The position numbers and the translations under genes are program-made. This document shows positions 8,801 to 18,389 of a DNA stretch of 64,000 nt, in pieces (within the stretch, counting starts at the first letter, position 1; each line of letters starts with the position of its first letter). The notes below the pieces were generated by a model, which ran no database searches, had not been told where the DNA came from, and was given only the letters and a program-made list of their open reading frames with translations. The DNA is from Armatimonadota bacterium (GTDB taxonomy: Bacteria > Armatimonadota > Fimbriimonadia > Fimbriimonadales > GBS-DC): the NCBI GenBank assembly GCA_023511915.1, contig JAIMAN010000003.1, positions 1,049-65,048 of the forward strand, written 5' to 3'.

Positions 8801-10593
8801 GCGCAGTGGAGACCGTCCGCCGCCTGCGCACCCAACGCGCCGCGCTGCAGCAACTCCGCTGGCAAGCCGAGACCGCACGCCTCGAAGCGCAAGCCCGCTA
8901 CACGCCCGAACGCCTCACCGCCGACCTCGAAGCCGCGCAACTGCCCCTGCGCTGGGCGCGCCTGTGGAACCCCAGCCTGCCCGAAGTCGACGGCGCATTA
9001 GACCTGAGCCTCGTCGCTGACGGCGCGCCCGAATCGCCTGAACTGACCCTCAGCGCGACGCTAAGCCAACTCAACTACGCAGGCTACACCGTCGACCAAA
9101 TCCTGTTCAGCCAAATCGAAGTGCGCGAGGGCGCAATACAGACCGACGATGCGCTCATACGCATGGGCGACTACCAAGCGCGCCTGTCGGGACGCCTGCC
9201 GTTCCGCTGGTCGCCAATCGCTATCCCCGACGACGAGCCGATTCGGATACAGGCGCGCCTGCGCGAGCAGCCCCTCACGATTCTGAGCCTCGTCGCGCCG
9301 ATTGACCCCGCACGCACGCAGGGCGTCATCGACGCGCTGCTGGAGATTGAAGGCACGCTTGCCGAGCCGCAGCCGCGCGGACGCCTCACCATCACCGACG
9401 GCGCACTCGCGCTGCAGGATTTGCGCACTGCCCTACAGGACATCGGGCTGCAGGTGGCGTTCGACGGGCGCGAGGCGCGCATCGTGCAGGCGCAGGCGCG
9501 GTCGTCGGAAGGCGGCAGCCTGCGTATTGAGGGCGGCGTTGACCTGTCGGGCGAGCAGGCGCTTGCCAACCTCACCCTGCGCGCCGACGGGCTGACCCTC
9601 CGCGAGCCGAAGTTGCCCGTGCTGGAGGGCAGCGCGCAGGCGGTTGTTTCGGGCGCGGTGCTGGCGCAGGGCGCGCTGACCGAGCCGCAGGTGCAGGGCG
9701 CGCTGCGCGTGCAGCGGGGCTTCCTATACCTGCCGCCCGAACTGCCCGAACGCACGGCAAGCGAGCCGCTGCCCGTCAACCCGCGCTTCGACTTGCGCGT
9801 GGACATCGCCGACGAGTTCACCCTGCGCAACCCGAACCTCGACGCCCGCATGGAGGGCGCGCTGCAAATCGGCGGCGCGCTGCAGTCGCCCAGCCTGTCG
9901 GGCGAGTTCAGCCTGCGCAGCGGCGCGCTCAGCCTGCCTACCGCGCGCCTGCGCATCGAACCCGACAGCGTCGCCCGTCTGAACTACCCCTTCACCAACG
10001 CCGCAGGCGAGACCATCGCCCGCATCGAACTGGATGTGCGCGCCAGCACGAGCGTCGTCGCGCCCGACTTCACCGGCGACCCCATCCGCTACCGCGTGGA
10101 AGTCGATGTGCGCGGACCGCTGGACGACCCCGAACGCCTGCAACTGACCGCGCGTTCCGACCCGCCTGGCTTGTCGGAGCAGCGCATCTTGAGCCTGCTG
10201 GGACGCGGGCAGGCGCTGGCAGCAATCGCGCGCGGCGACGACCCCGCGCGGGTGTTCCGCGAGCAACTCGGCGACATCCTCACCGCCCAAGTGCTGCCTG
10301 GGCTGCTTGCGCCGTTGGAGACGGGCATCGCCGAAGCGTTCGACTTGGAACAGTTCACGCTGGACTACAGCGGGCTACGCCCTGCCAGCCTCTACCTCGT
10401 CAAGAACCTCTTCGACGGCGTCGGCATCGCCTACCGACGCGGGATTGGCGTGGCGGGCAACGAATATCAGGCGCGCCTCTTCTACCGCCTGCCGTTTCGC
10501 AACCGCCTGCTGCAACGCCTGCGCGTCGGCGTCGGCTTCGACCACACGGGCAACCGATTCGTGTTTATTGAGGGCAGCCTACTGTTTCGATGA
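5785..10593 (+). CDS. tamB: translocation/assembly module TamB-like protein (AsmA/DUF490) with an in-frame repeat insertion
   Basis: 1602 aa, N-terminal TM, beta-taco-like repeats, C-terminal DUF490-like SDPPGLSEQRILSLL. Confidence 0.8.
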   Translation: MRQRARSLLWRAGQLLLIALPVALLGLAGAMYLWQVKLAVEESLPPALRDYARRQAQLDVQVERVSLGWNRILLTYPEVRTLSGERLLRARYLEVRLPADGAPLTIELDRPEVWLQRDRQGMWNIDPLLRQPRPPEPTPFTFRVRAQGGTLYFDDLLPDAPVRATLWAQEFTLSQPRIGQAITLRGVSDALGEVQARALSDGKRWLIEIDAAQVQGARFKPYLPRTEFDLAQATGQVSAQIVYAPDQPLQVQGTAQGVAQGATYRRRPLPWREAAFALAFTESHIGGVVNTRDGSLRVQGVADWSGRAVQVDAQVRAVGEDAAVLWRLLRDDPPRVQGRYQAQLRVQGALDDLQAQGTVALAQVRTPQGDLRNLRSPVAFAGGQLLLPALSAEYARRTVQGKLWLDTRPDTPELRLYARVNRLPLQRVPALREAQLGGEADVALLAYGRLDAPTVEANLRMDALRYANQRVGGLRARVQYADGALTVPLATLQGALGAVYLSGEVRDLASDDPRFDLSIDASEVDLNLLAQLLGDANGADKSLRLDGVGYLTARVRGSLQSPEAVAEAVVFDGRVGDLGAEIAVVNLNLVERELRITQAQILRRAAQLIASGAVQLPETPDQPPRFQLAGDLYEFDLASVPDWLRRELPLTGLASGRFEAQGEPQAWQLRASLYAESLQYDQTVVRDNTAQVIVQARDGAVQVDVVSAQARVGDGALLARGQWRSDGQFEAQWLLENAALDALAPYLPVEYRLTGQATVQGEASGTPDAPNVRVQLQGSQIALNGALLGDVEGWVAVSPRRESDSPLIRVHRLGSLWAWGTRFVLPSPPAPLPQGGRGEPRFPPRPLAGEGGKGGEGQKGAPASEISYQTAVPLSGAGVGAFQADFTLRTPDGEARLALHECDLQRQQVHLTAETSALPIEWLQRVVRAVPDALPPAVAERIETLQGTVQASLRLEGALREPLAQLRLNAEQLEWRAQSLGSLSLQAEWVGLSSGDAPDADTDLARAVETVRRLRTQRAALQQLRWQAETARLEAQARYTPERLTADLEAAQLPLRWARLWNPSLPEVDGALDLSLVADGAPESPELTLSATLSQLNYAGYTVDQILFSQIEVREGAIQTDDALIRMGDYQARLSGRLPFRWSPIAIPDDEPIRIQARLREQPLTILSLVAPIDPARTQGVIDALLEIEGTLAEPQPRGRLTITDGALALQDLRTALQDIGLQVAFDGREARIVQAQARSSEGGSLRIEGGVDLSGEQALANLTLRADGLTLREPKLPVLEGSAQAVVSGAVLAQGALTEPQVQGALRVQRGFLYLPPELPERTASEPLPVNPRFDLRVDIADEFTLRNPNLDARMEGALQIGGALQSPSLSGEFSLRSGALSLPTARLRIEPDSVARLNYPFTNAAGETIARIELDVRASTSVVAPDFTGDPIRYRVEVDVRGPLDDPERLQLTARSDPPGLSEQRILSLLGRGQALAAIARGDDPARVFREQLGDILTAQVLPGLLAPLETGIAEAFDLEQFTLDYSGLRPASLYLVKNLFDGVGIAYRRGIGVAGNEYQARLFYRLPFRNRLLQRLRVGVGFDHTGNRFVFIEGSLLFR
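8200..8413. mobile_element. MITE-like element with 17-bp terminal inverted repeats, inside tamB
   Basis: CCCCTGATAAGGGTACA (8200-8216) and its exact reverse complement TGTACCCTTATCAGGGG (8397-8413), enclosing two GC-rich palindromes. Confidence 0.7.
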
Positions 10594-10620
10594 AACCTTT
10601 CGGGGCAGTCGCGCCTCTAA
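10592..10620 (+). promoter_or_regulatory. putative ECF-sigma promoter
   Basis: GAAACCTTTC-N13-CTCTAA, same architecture as 42922-42950. Confidence 0.55.
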
Positions 10621-10632
10621 CCAAGTGGAACC

Positions 10633-10773
10633 ATGCGCCGATATGCACTTTGGATACTCTGGCTGATGGCGATTGTCGCGCTGTTGGGGGCGACCCGCAC
10701 GCGCATGCAATCAACCGCCGACGCGGACGCCTGCACCTCGTACATCTACTGGGAGTCGCCCTTGCTGAAGTAG
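10633..10773 (+). CDS. small membrane/secreted peptide, 46 aa (not in the ORF track)
   Basis: MRRYALWILWLMAIVALLGATRTRMQSTADADACTSYIYWESPLLK*; fills the gap and its stop abuts the convergent stop at 10774. Confidence 0.5.
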   Translation: MRRYALWILWLMAIVALLGATRTRMQSTADADACTSYIYWESPLLK

Positions 10774-11487
10774 CTACTCCCATACGAGGAACGGGTTGAA
10801 CTTCGTGTCGGTGTCGTACACATCGACGCCTTCGCGCGCCTTCAGAAAGCCGACCACGAGGTAGGTCATCGGTGTCGCCAGCGCCTCATACAGCGTCTTC
10901 GCGCCCCACTCGATCAGGCTGACTTTGACCAACTCCGCCGTCGGGTAGACCCCCACAAACGCGACCGCTGTGAAAATCGCCGTGTCCAGCAGCTGGGCAA
11001 TCATCGTGGAGCTGACGGTGCGCGTCCAGAGCCAGCGCCCGCGCGTGGCGATTTTGAGCTTCGCCAGCACATACGAGTTGGTGAACTCGCCCACCAGATA
11101 CGCCACCAGCGAGGCGAGCATCAGGCGCGGCGCAACGCCCAGCACCGTCGCGAACGCCTCCTGATGCTCGTAGAACGGCGCGGGGGGCATCGCGATCGCC
11201 GCGCTGATAATCAGCACCACCAGCAGGTTGCACGCGAAGCCAATCCAAATCACCAGCCGCGCTCGACGATAGCCGTAGACCTCCGTCAGCACATCGCCGA
11301 TAATGTAGCTGACGGGGAAAATCACAATCGCCGACGACAGCACCAGCCCGCCGACGCTAATCAGCTTCGCCGCGATGATGTTCGACGCCAGCAGACTCGT
11401 CAAAAACAGCGCGACCACCATCACGAACCAGATGGAGTAGCCGCGCTCTACCGAACCTTCCAGTGAAACCTTCGGCAACGGTCGCAC
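10774..11487 (-). CDS. yhhQ: queuosine precursor transporter (YhhQ/VUT family)
   Basis: SNIIAAK, FPVSYIIGDVLTEVYG, LWTRTVSST..AQLLDT; GTG start at 11487 is 6 nt after TATAAT. Confidence 0.9.
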   Translation of the reverse strand: MRPLPKVSLEGSVERGYSIWFVMVVALFLTSLLASNIIAAKLISVGGLVLSSAIVIFPVSYIIGDVLTEVYGYRRARLVIWIGFACNLLVVLIISAAIAMPPAPFYEHQEAFATVLGVAPRLMLASLVAYLVGEFTNSYVLAKLKIATRGRWLWTRTVSSTMIAQLLDTAIFTAVAFVGVYPTAELVKVSLIEWGAKTLYEALATPMTYLVVGFLKAREGVDVYDTDTKFNPFLVWE

Positions 11488-11548
11488 GCGCGAATTATAC
11501 CGCCCGTAGCAGGAACTTTTCAGCGGCGCGGCGAATCTGTATTGCACG

Positions 11549-12331
11549 ATGACGCAAGCACAACTTGGGACGCAACCGACCGCAGGCGACGGAGCGGCGA
11601 CAGAGTTCGTGGTGCGCGTGCGCGATGTGGTCAAAGAGTACCAGATGGGCAAACTGACCGTGCGCGCGCTCGACGGCGTGAACCTCGACATCTATCGCGG
11701 CGAGTACCTGTCGATTATGGGACCCTCGGGGTCGGGCAAAAGCACGCTGTTCAACATGATTGGCGGGCTGGACAAGCCGACTTCAGGGTCGGTGTTCATC
11801 GACGATGTGGACATGGCGCAGCTCGATCCGCAGGAGCTGGCGTTTTTGCGCTGCCATCGGATTGGCTACATCTTCCAGACCTTCAACCTAATCCCCGTGA
11901 TGACCGCGCTGGAGAATGTGACGCTGCCGATGGTGTTCGCGGGCGTCAACGCCGACGAGGCGCGCGAGCGCGGGGTGGAGCTGCTGACGCTGGTCGGGCT
12001 GGGCGGACGCCTGCACCACAAGCCAACCGAGCTGTCAGGCGGGCAGCAGCAGCGCGTCGCCATCGCACGCTCCCTCGCGAATAACCCCTCCATTATCCTC
12101 GCCGACGAGCCAACAGGCAACCTCGACCTCAAAACAGGCAAGGAAATCATCGAGCTGCTCAAGCGACTCAACAAAGAGCGCGGCGTGACGATTATCTCCG
12201 CCACGCACGACCTCAAGATGCTCGACATCTCCGACCGCATCGTGTGGATTCGCGACGGCAAGATTGAGCGCATCGAGAAGCGCAGCGAGCTGCAACTCAA
12301 GGTCGGCGAGGTGGAAGGCGAAGCGGGCTAA
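11549..12331 (+). CDS. ABC transporter ATP-binding protein (LolD/MacB-like)
   Basis: GPSGSGKS, LSGGQQQRVAIAR, ILADEPTGNLD, ATHD. Confidence 0.93.
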   Translation: MTQAQLGTQPTAGDGAATEFVVRVRDVVKEYQMGKLTVRALDGVNLDIYRGEYLSIMGPSGSGKSTLFNMIGGLDKPTSGSVFIDDVDMAQLDPQELAFLRCHRIGYIFQTFNLIPVMTALENVTLPMVFAGVNADEARERGVELLTLVGLGGRLHHKPTELSGGQQQRVAIARSLANNPSIILADEPTGNLDLKTGKEIIELLKRLNKERGVTIISATHDLKMLDISDRIVWIRDGKIERIEKRSELQLKVGEVEGEAG

Positions 12332-13221
12332 TGGACGCCTACATCGACGGGTTTCTGGACTATCTGGCGCAGGAGCGGCAGGCGTCGGCGCACACGGTGA
12401 ACGCCTACGCTGTCGACCTGCGCCAGTTCTGCGACTACCTGCAGCGATCAGGGCGCGCCGACCCCGCCGACTGGGACGCCACGCTTTGGGAAGGATTTAT
12501 GCACTACCTGCGCCGACGGTCGATGAGCGAATCCAGCATCGCGCGTAAGCTCAGCGCGGCGCGGGCATTCCTCAAGCACCTCTATCGGCGCGGGGTACTG
12601 GAACACGAGCCGCCCGACGCGCTGGCGACCCCGCGCGTACATCGCGCCCTGCCCAGCACGCTCACCCCGCACGAACTGCGCCGCCTGCTGCTCCAGCCCC
12701 CGCTGGACACGCCGTATGGACTGCGCGACCGCACGATGCTGGAGACGATGTATACCACAGGCATGCGCGTCTCGGAACTGCTCGGCGTGACGCTGGAGCA
12801 GTTGAACCTCAGCGAGGCGTTGGTGCGCGTGGTGGGCAAGCGCGGGCGCGAACGGTGGCTGCCCCTGCCCGACGGCACGGTCTACTGGGTGCAACGGTAT
12901 CTCAGCGACGCGCGCCCCAAACTCGCCCGCCCCAAACGCCCCTGCAACGCGCTGTTTCTGAACGACCGCGGCGCGCCGCTGAGCCGAATCAGCTTCTGGA
13001 ACAAACTCAAAGAGTACGCCGCCAGCGCAGGCATCGAGAAAGCCATCTCGCCGCACACCCTGCGCCACTCGTTCGCCGTGCATCTGCTCAACGGCGGAGC
13101 AGACCTGCGCGCCGTGCAGGAACTGCTCGGACACGAAGACATCAGCACCACCCAAATCTACACCCAAGTCAGCCTCGATCGCCTCAAAGAGGTCTACAAA
13201 AAGGCGCATCCGCGGGGCTAA
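12331..13221 (+). CDS. xerD: tyrosine recombinase XerD/XerC
   Basis: TGMRVSEL, HTLRHSFA, VQELLGHEDISTTQIY, AHPR end. Confidence 0.88.
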   Translation: MDAYIDGFLDYLAQERQASAHTVNAYAVDLRQFCDYLQRSGRADPADWDATLWEGFMHYLRRRSMSESSIARKLSAARAFLKHLYRRGVLEHEPPDALATPRVHRALPSTLTPHELRRLLLQPPLDTPYGLRDRTMLETMYTTGMRVSELLGVTLEQLNLSEALVRVVGKRGRERWLPLPDGTVYWVQRYLSDARPKLARPKRPCNALFLNDRGAPLSRISFWNKLKEYAASAGIEKAISPHTLRHSFAVHLLNGGADLRAVQELLGHEDISTTQIYTQVSLDRLKEVYKKAHPRG

Positions 13222-13223
13222 GC

Positions 13224-15458
13224 CTACTCATACTGCCGCAGCATCTGCTCGGCTTCGGCGCGGGTGACCAGCACTTGGCGGGGTTTCGCGCCGTCCAGCG
13301 GTCCCACGATGCCCCGCCGCTCCATCAAGTCCAGCAACCGCGCGGCGCGCCCGTAGCCGATTTTGAACCGCCGCTGCAGCATCGAGGTGGACGCCTGCCC
13401 GTGCGCGACCACCAAGCGCACCGCCGCAGGGTACAGTTCGTCGTCGGCGTCGTCCTCCTCGAACTCGCCGCCGACGGGCGCGTCGAAGTCGGTCGGGTGC
13501 AGTAGGTAGGTCGGCGATTCCTGCGCACGCCAGAAGTCCGCCAACGCCTCAATCTCGGCTTCCGTCACGAAGCAGCCCTGGATGCGCGTCGGCTTGGAAG
13601 CGTCAATCGGCAAAAACAGCATATCACCGCGCCCCAGCAGCCGCTCCGCGCCGACCATGTCCAGGATCGTGCGGCTGTCCACCTGGCTGGAGACGGCGAA
13701 CGCGATTCGGCTGGCGATGTTCGCCTTGATTGTGCCCGTGATGACATCGACGGAGGGGCGCTGCGTGGCGATGACGAGGTGGATGCCCGTTGCGCGGGCA
13801 AGTTGCGCCAGCCGCGCGATGGAGGTCTCCACCTCCGACGCGGCTTGCATCATCAGGTCTGCCAACTCGTCGATGATGACCACCACATACGGCAGGCGTT
13901 CGTCGTCGGGGGCGCGCTCGTTGTAGCCCTGAATGTTGCGCACGCCCTTCTCGGCGAACAGGTCGTACCGCCTGTCCATCTCCTTAAGCAGGGCGCGCAG
14001 CGCGCCCGCCGCCAACTTCACATCGCGCACCACAGGGCACATCAGGTGCGGGATGCCGTCAAACAGCGTCAGCTCCACGCGCTTGGGGTCGATCATCACG
14101 AAGCGCAACTCGCGCGGGGTGGCGCGGAACAGCAGGCAGGCAATCATCGACAGCAGGCACATGCTCTTGCCTGAGTTGGTCGCACCGCCAATCAGCAGGT
14201 GCGGCATGCGCGACAGGTCGGCGTACTTGGGCGCGCCTGCGACATCCTTGCCCAGCGCGACGGTCAGCAGGCTCGGCGCGTTCCAGAACTCGGCGTTCTC
14301 CATCACCTCGCGCAAGGCGACCACATGCGGGTGGTCGTTGGGCACTTCCACGCCGATTGCGCTCTTGCCAGGGATGGGCGCCTCCACGCGCACGGCGATT
14401 GCCGCCAACGCCATCGCGAGGTTGTCCGCCAAGTTCACCACGCGATTAACCTTGATGCCTGGCGCGAGTTGAATCTCGTAGCGGGTGACGGTCGGTCCGT
14501 GCGCCACTTCCACCACATTCGCGTCGATGCCGAAGTCCTGCAGGGTCTCTTCCAGTTTGGCGATTTTCTCTTTGATTTCGGCTTGGTTGCGTTTGGGCGG
14601 CGCGGGCGGCTCGCGCAGCAGCGACAAGGGGGGCAAGGTGTAGTTGCCCGACGCGCTGGGGGTGGGCAGGTCGGGTTTGGGCGCGTCGCGCGTGTCGGCG
14701 GGGGCGGTATCGGCGACGGGTGTGTTGGCGTGTTCGGCGTGGGGTGTGTCGCCGCGGCGGGTCGCTGTGTCGGTTGTGCGCGGGGCGACGACGGCGCGCT
14801 CTGGGAGGCTCTGCCGTCGCTCGTCGCTCTTACGCTGCGCACGCTCGGAGACCTTGCCCGCGGCAGTGGCGACCGCTTTGGTGGCGGTGGACGCGCCGCG
14901 CCAGCCGTGCCACATCGCGCGCCCGACCCCGCGCAACACCTGCGCCAGCGGCAGGTTGAACAGCATCAGCAGCCCCAGCACGCCCAGCGCGCCCAACACC
15001 ACGCCCTTCGCCTGACCCAGCGCAAGGTGCAGCGTATAGCCCAATACCGCGCCGAGATACCCACCCGACGCCCGCAGCGCGTCCGCTGCGAACCAGTCGC
15101 CCGACGCGCCAGGCTGCGCCAGCCAGCCCAGCAGCGCAAGGTACACGATTAGACCGCCCGTCAGCACTTCGGGCAGCGCGAGTTTGCCGTAGCCGAACAC
15201 CAGCGCGCCCGCCGCGACCCACAGCACCACAGGCAGCAGGAACGCGCCGTTGCCAAACAGCAGTTTCAGCCCGTCGCGCAGCGCCGCGCCCATCACCCCG
15301 CTGTTGGGCACGGTCAGGCTCACTAACGCCACCAGCCCCAGCAGCGCGAGTCCAATCGCGATGCGGTCGTAAAACTGCTGCGGTCGCTCCTTCGGCGCGT
15401 CGGCGACCTTGCGCTTGCCCGCGCTGCGCGCCTTGCCGTTGCGTTTCTTGGACGCCAT
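13224..15458 (-). CDS. ftsK: DNA translocase FtsK/SpoIIIE
   Basis: N-terminal TMs, GATNSGKS, IIDELADLMM, ATQRPSVDVITG, gamma domain LQRRFKIGYGRAARL. Confidence 0.96.
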   Translation of the reverse strand: MASKKRNGKARSAGKRKVADAPKERPQQFYDRIAIGLALLGLVALVSLTVPNSGVMGAALRDGLKLLFGNGAFLLPVVLWVAAGALVFGYGKLALPEVLTGGLIVYLALLGWLAQPGASGDWFAADALRASGGYLGAVLGYTLHLALGQAKGVVLGALGVLGLLMLFNLPLAQVLRGVGRAMWHGWRGASTATKAVATAAGKVSERAQRKSDERRQSLPERAVVAPRTTDTATRRGDTPHAEHANTPVADTAPADTRDAPKPDLPTPSASGNYTLPPLSLLREPPAPPKRNQAEIKEKIAKLEETLQDFGIDANVVEVAHGPTVTRYEIQLAPGIKVNRVVNLADNLAMALAAIAVRVEAPIPGKSAIGVEVPNDHPHVVALREVMENAEFWNAPSLLTVALGKDVAGAPKYADLSRMPHLLIGGATNSGKSMCLLSMIACLLFRATPRELRFVMIDPKRVELTLFDGIPHLMCPVVRDVKLAAGALRALLKEMDRRYDLFAEKGVRNIQGYNERAPDDERLPYVVVIIDELADLMMQAASEVETSIARLAQLARATGIHLVIATQRPSVDVITGTIKANIASRIAFAVSSQVDSRTILDMVGAERLLGRGDMLFLPIDASKPTRIQGCFVTEAEIEALADFWRAQESPTYLLHPTDFDAPVGGEFEEDDADDELYPAAVRLVVAHGQASTSMLQRRFKIGYGRAARLLDLMERRGIVGPLDGAKPRQVLVTRAEAEQMLRQYE

Positions 15459-15554
15459 GCTCTCACCCAGCCTGTTGCGCACGGAATCGTGCGCCAGCCC
15501 TACCGATTGTACCCGATAGGGACAGGTTTCGCAACGGGGCGCGCGCGGTAGGCG

Positions 15555-16643
15555 TCAGCCGTTGCGCCGCGCGAAGTCCCGCATAAAGTCGCACAACGCC
15601 TGCACGCCCTCAATCGGCATCGCGTTGTAAATCGACGCGCGGCAGCCGCCGACCGAACGATGCCCCTTGAGTTCGTGCAAGCCATGCGCCTGCGCCTCCT
15701 GCAGGAACTGCTTCTCCAGCGCCTCGTTCGGCAAGCGGAAGGTGACATTCATCACCGAGCGGTGTTCGGGGTGCGCGTGCCCGCGATAGAAGCCGCCGCT
15801 CTCGTCAATCACCTGATACAGCAGGCTCGCCTTCTCGCGGTTGATTCGCGCCATCTGCTCCAGCCCGCCGATAGTGTGCAGCAGCCAGCGCGTGACCAGC
15901 ATCACGATGTAAATCGCGAACACGGGCGGGGTGTTATACAGCGACTTGTTCTCGGCTTGGATGCGGTAGTTGAGCATCGCGGGCAGGGTTTCGGGCGCGC
16001 GTTGCACCAAATCGTCGCGGATAATCACAATCGTCACGCCTGCGGGACCCGCGTTTTTCTGTGCGCCTGCGTAAATCAGCGCGTAGCGGGTGATGTCCAC
16101 AGGGCGCGACAGGAAGTCGGACGACATATCGCACACCAGCGGCACATCGCCGACGGGCGGCTCGGTCGGGAACGCTACGCCCTGAATCGTTTCGTTGGAG
16201 GTGAAATGCGCATAGCGGGCGTTGGGGTCAATTGTGTATTCGTCGGGGCGCGGCGTGCGGACGAAGTTCTCGGGCTTGCCGTTCCACACGGCGCGCGCTT
16301 TGCCGATAAGTTGCGCCTCTTTGAGGGCTTTCTCGCCCCACGAGCCTGTGATGAGGTAGTCCGCGCTTCCGTCGCCGAGCAGGTTCATCGGAACCATCGC
16401 GAACTGCAGGCTCGCACCGCCCTGCAGAAACAGCACATGGTAGCCATCGGGGATGTTCAGCAGTTGGCGCAGGTTCGCCTCCGCCTCTTGGATAATCGCG
16501 TCGAAGTGCTTGGAGCGGTGGCTGATCTCCAGCACCGACGCACCCACGCCAGGTAGGCAAAGCAAGTCGCGCTGCGCCTCTTCCAACACAGGCAGGGGCA
16601 ACACGCCTGGACCTGCCGAAAAGTTCCACACACGCTGGGTCAT
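15555..16643 (-). CDS. serC: phosphoserine aminotransferase
   Basis: WNFSAGP, GAQKNAGPAG, LKGHRSVGGCRASIYNA; RBS AGGAGG. Confidence 0.96.
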   Translation of the reverse strand: MTQRVWNFSAGPGVLPLPVLEEAQRDLLCLPGVGASVLEISHRSKHFDAIIQEAEANLRQLLNIPDGYHVLFLQGGASLQFAMVPMNLLGDGSADYLITGSWGEKALKEAQLIGKARAVWNGKPENFVRTPRPDEYTIDPNARYAHFTSNETIQGVAFPTEPPVGDVPLVCDMSSDFLSRPVDITRYALIYAGAQKNAGPAGVTIVIIRDDLVQRAPETLPAMLNYRIQAENKSLYNTPPVFAIYIVMLVTRWLLHTIGGLEQMARINREKASLLYQVIDESGGFYRGHAHPEHRSVMNVTFRLPNEALEKQFLQEAQAHGLHELKGHRSVGGCRASIYNAMPIEGVQALCDFMRDFARRNG

Positions 16644-16700
16644 CGTCGTCCTCCTGGAGAAAGGATACCCGACGGCAGCCTGCGCAGGTACAATTACCGC

Positions 16701-18341
16701 GTGGCGTACATCAGCCTCTACCGCAAGTATCGGGCGCAGGATTTCGAGGAGTTGCTGGGGCAGTCCCATGTGACGGTCACCCTGCGGAACGCGATTCAGC
16801 AGGGTCGGCTGGCGCATGCGTACCTGTTCTGCGGTCCGCGCGGCACGGGCAAGACCTCCACCGCGCGCCTGCTCGCCAAGTCGCTCAACTGCGAGCAGGG
16901 TCCCACGCCGAACCCGTGCAAGGTGTGCCGATTCTGCCGCGCCATCCAAGAGGGCAACTGCGTCGATGTCATCGAGATGGACGCCGCCTCCGAGACCAGC
17001 ATCGACGATGTGCGCACCTCGATCATCGAGAACGCGAAGTACCCGCCGATGGAGGCGCGCTACAAAATCTACATCATCGACGAGGTGCATGACCTCTCGG
17101 CGAAGGCGTTCGATGCGCTGCTGAAGACCATCGAGGAGCCGCCCCCGCATGTGGTGTTCATTCTGGCGACGACGGAATTCCATCGCGTGCCGCCCACAAT
17201 CCGCTCGCGCTGCCAGCGGTTCGATTTTCACAGGGGCACGATTGCCGACATCACACGGCGGCTGGAGCAGGTGCTTGCGGCGGAGGGGTTCACAGCGGAG
17301 CCTGCGGCGTTGCATCTGGTGGCGCGGGCAGCGGACGGCTCGTGGCGCGACGCGCTCACCGCGCTGGAGCAGGTCATCGCCTTCAGCGAGGGCGGCGCAA
17401 TCACGGCGCAGACGGTCTACAACGCGCTGGGACTGCTGGAAGACGAGACGCTGATGCAACTCACGGACGCCCTGCTGGAGCGCAATGCGGGCAAGGCGCT
17501 GCACCTGTTGGAGGGGCAGATGCTGTTGGGGCGCGAGCCGCGCGTGTTCGCCGAGTCGCTGATTCAGCACTGGCGCGCGCTAATTCAGGCAGTCCTGCAC
17601 GCGCACGACCGAGCGGGCGCGTATGACCCGACGGTGTGGAGCGCGATGATCGAGCAGGCGCGTCGGGCGGGCATCCCGCGCCTGCTGGCGTGGTGGGAGC
17701 AGATGGCGGGCGCACTGAGCGAGATGCGCACTTCGGGTTCGCCCCGCGCGATTTTGGAGCTGTACCTGTTGCGCTTGGCGTGCGAGCCGAGCGTTGCGCC
17801 CGCGCCGCAGTATGTCGCTTCCGTGCAGCCTGCCGCGTCGACGCCGCGCCCCATCCCGCCTGCGCCGACGCCCCGCGCCACGCCGCCCGCTGCGACGCCA
17901 GAGCCGACGCCCCGCGCGACCCAACCCGCCCCGCTGACCGACGCGCCGACCCAACTGCCCATCGACCCCGCGACGGCGAACCAACTCTGGCAGCAGCGCG
18001 TGGAGGAACTCGTGCAGCGCAGCCCTGCGGGAGGGATGCACCTGCGCGGCTCGCGGCTGGAGCTGGACGGCGACATCGTCCGCCTAATGATGCCGACGCG
18101 GTTCGGCTACGAGTATTTCAAGCAGCAGGCGCGCCGCGAGTCGAACTTGATCGATGAGGTGCGCAAGACGCTGGGCGCGCCGAACGCGCCCGTGCAGCTG
18201 GCGTACTCGGACGCGGCGCGTCCCGAAGAGCCGCTGCCCACACCGCCGCCCCCTGCCGAACGCGAACTGGAAGGCGAAGAGCTGGTCGACGAACTAATGC
18301 GCGCCCTCAACGGACACGAGGTGGACGCTGGGGAGGAGTAA
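16701..18341 (+). CDS. dnaX: DNA polymerase III subunit gamma/tau
   Basis: LYRKYR, GPRGTGKTS, IIDEVH, SRCQRF, Pro-rich linker. Confidence 0.96.
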   Translation: MAYISLYRKYRAQDFEELLGQSHVTVTLRNAIQQGRLAHAYLFCGPRGTGKTSTARLLAKSLNCEQGPTPNPCKVCRFCRAIQEGNCVDVIEMDAASETSIDDVRTSIIENAKYPPMEARYKIYIIDEVHDLSAKAFDALLKTIEEPPPHVVFILATTEFHRVPPTIRSRCQRFDFHRGTIADITRRLEQVLAAEGFTAEPAALHLVARAADGSWRDALTALEQVIAFSEGGAITAQTVYNALGLLEDETLMQLTDALLERNAGKALHLLEGQMLLGREPRVFAESLIQHWRALIQAVLHAHDRAGAYDPTVWSAMIEQARRAGIPRLLAWWEQMAGALSEMRTSGSPRAILELYLLRLACEPSVAPAPQYVASVQPAASTPRPIPPAPTPRATPPAATPEPTPRATQPAPLTDAPTQLPIDPATANQLWQQRVEELVQRSPAGGMHLRGSRLELDGDIVRLMMPTRFGYEYFKQQARRESNLIDEVRKTLGAPNAPVQLAYSDAARPEEPLPTPPPPAERELEGEELVDELMRALNGHEVDAGEE

Positions 18342-18389
18342 AGTCTACCGCCCCTCCCGCCCAAACAGGCTGCGCACGGGGAGTGTACC

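Noticed and set aside
11430-11500. preQ1 riboswitch upstream of yhhQ (GAAGGTTCG resembles the class I 5' strand)
   Set aside because: No complementary stem or A-rich tail; the sequence lies within the probable leaderless CDS
12331-13221. Prophage or ICE integrase
   Set aside because: Size and motifs fit a chromosomal Xer recombinase; flanked by core genes, no att sites seen
16644-17570. Long N-terminal extension of serC in the ORF track
   Set aside because: Antisense shadow of dnaX; serC has its own AGGAGG RBS and ATG at 16643
16701-18341. Programmed frameshift or slippage site in dnaX
   Set aside because: No A-AAA-AAG or long A run seen
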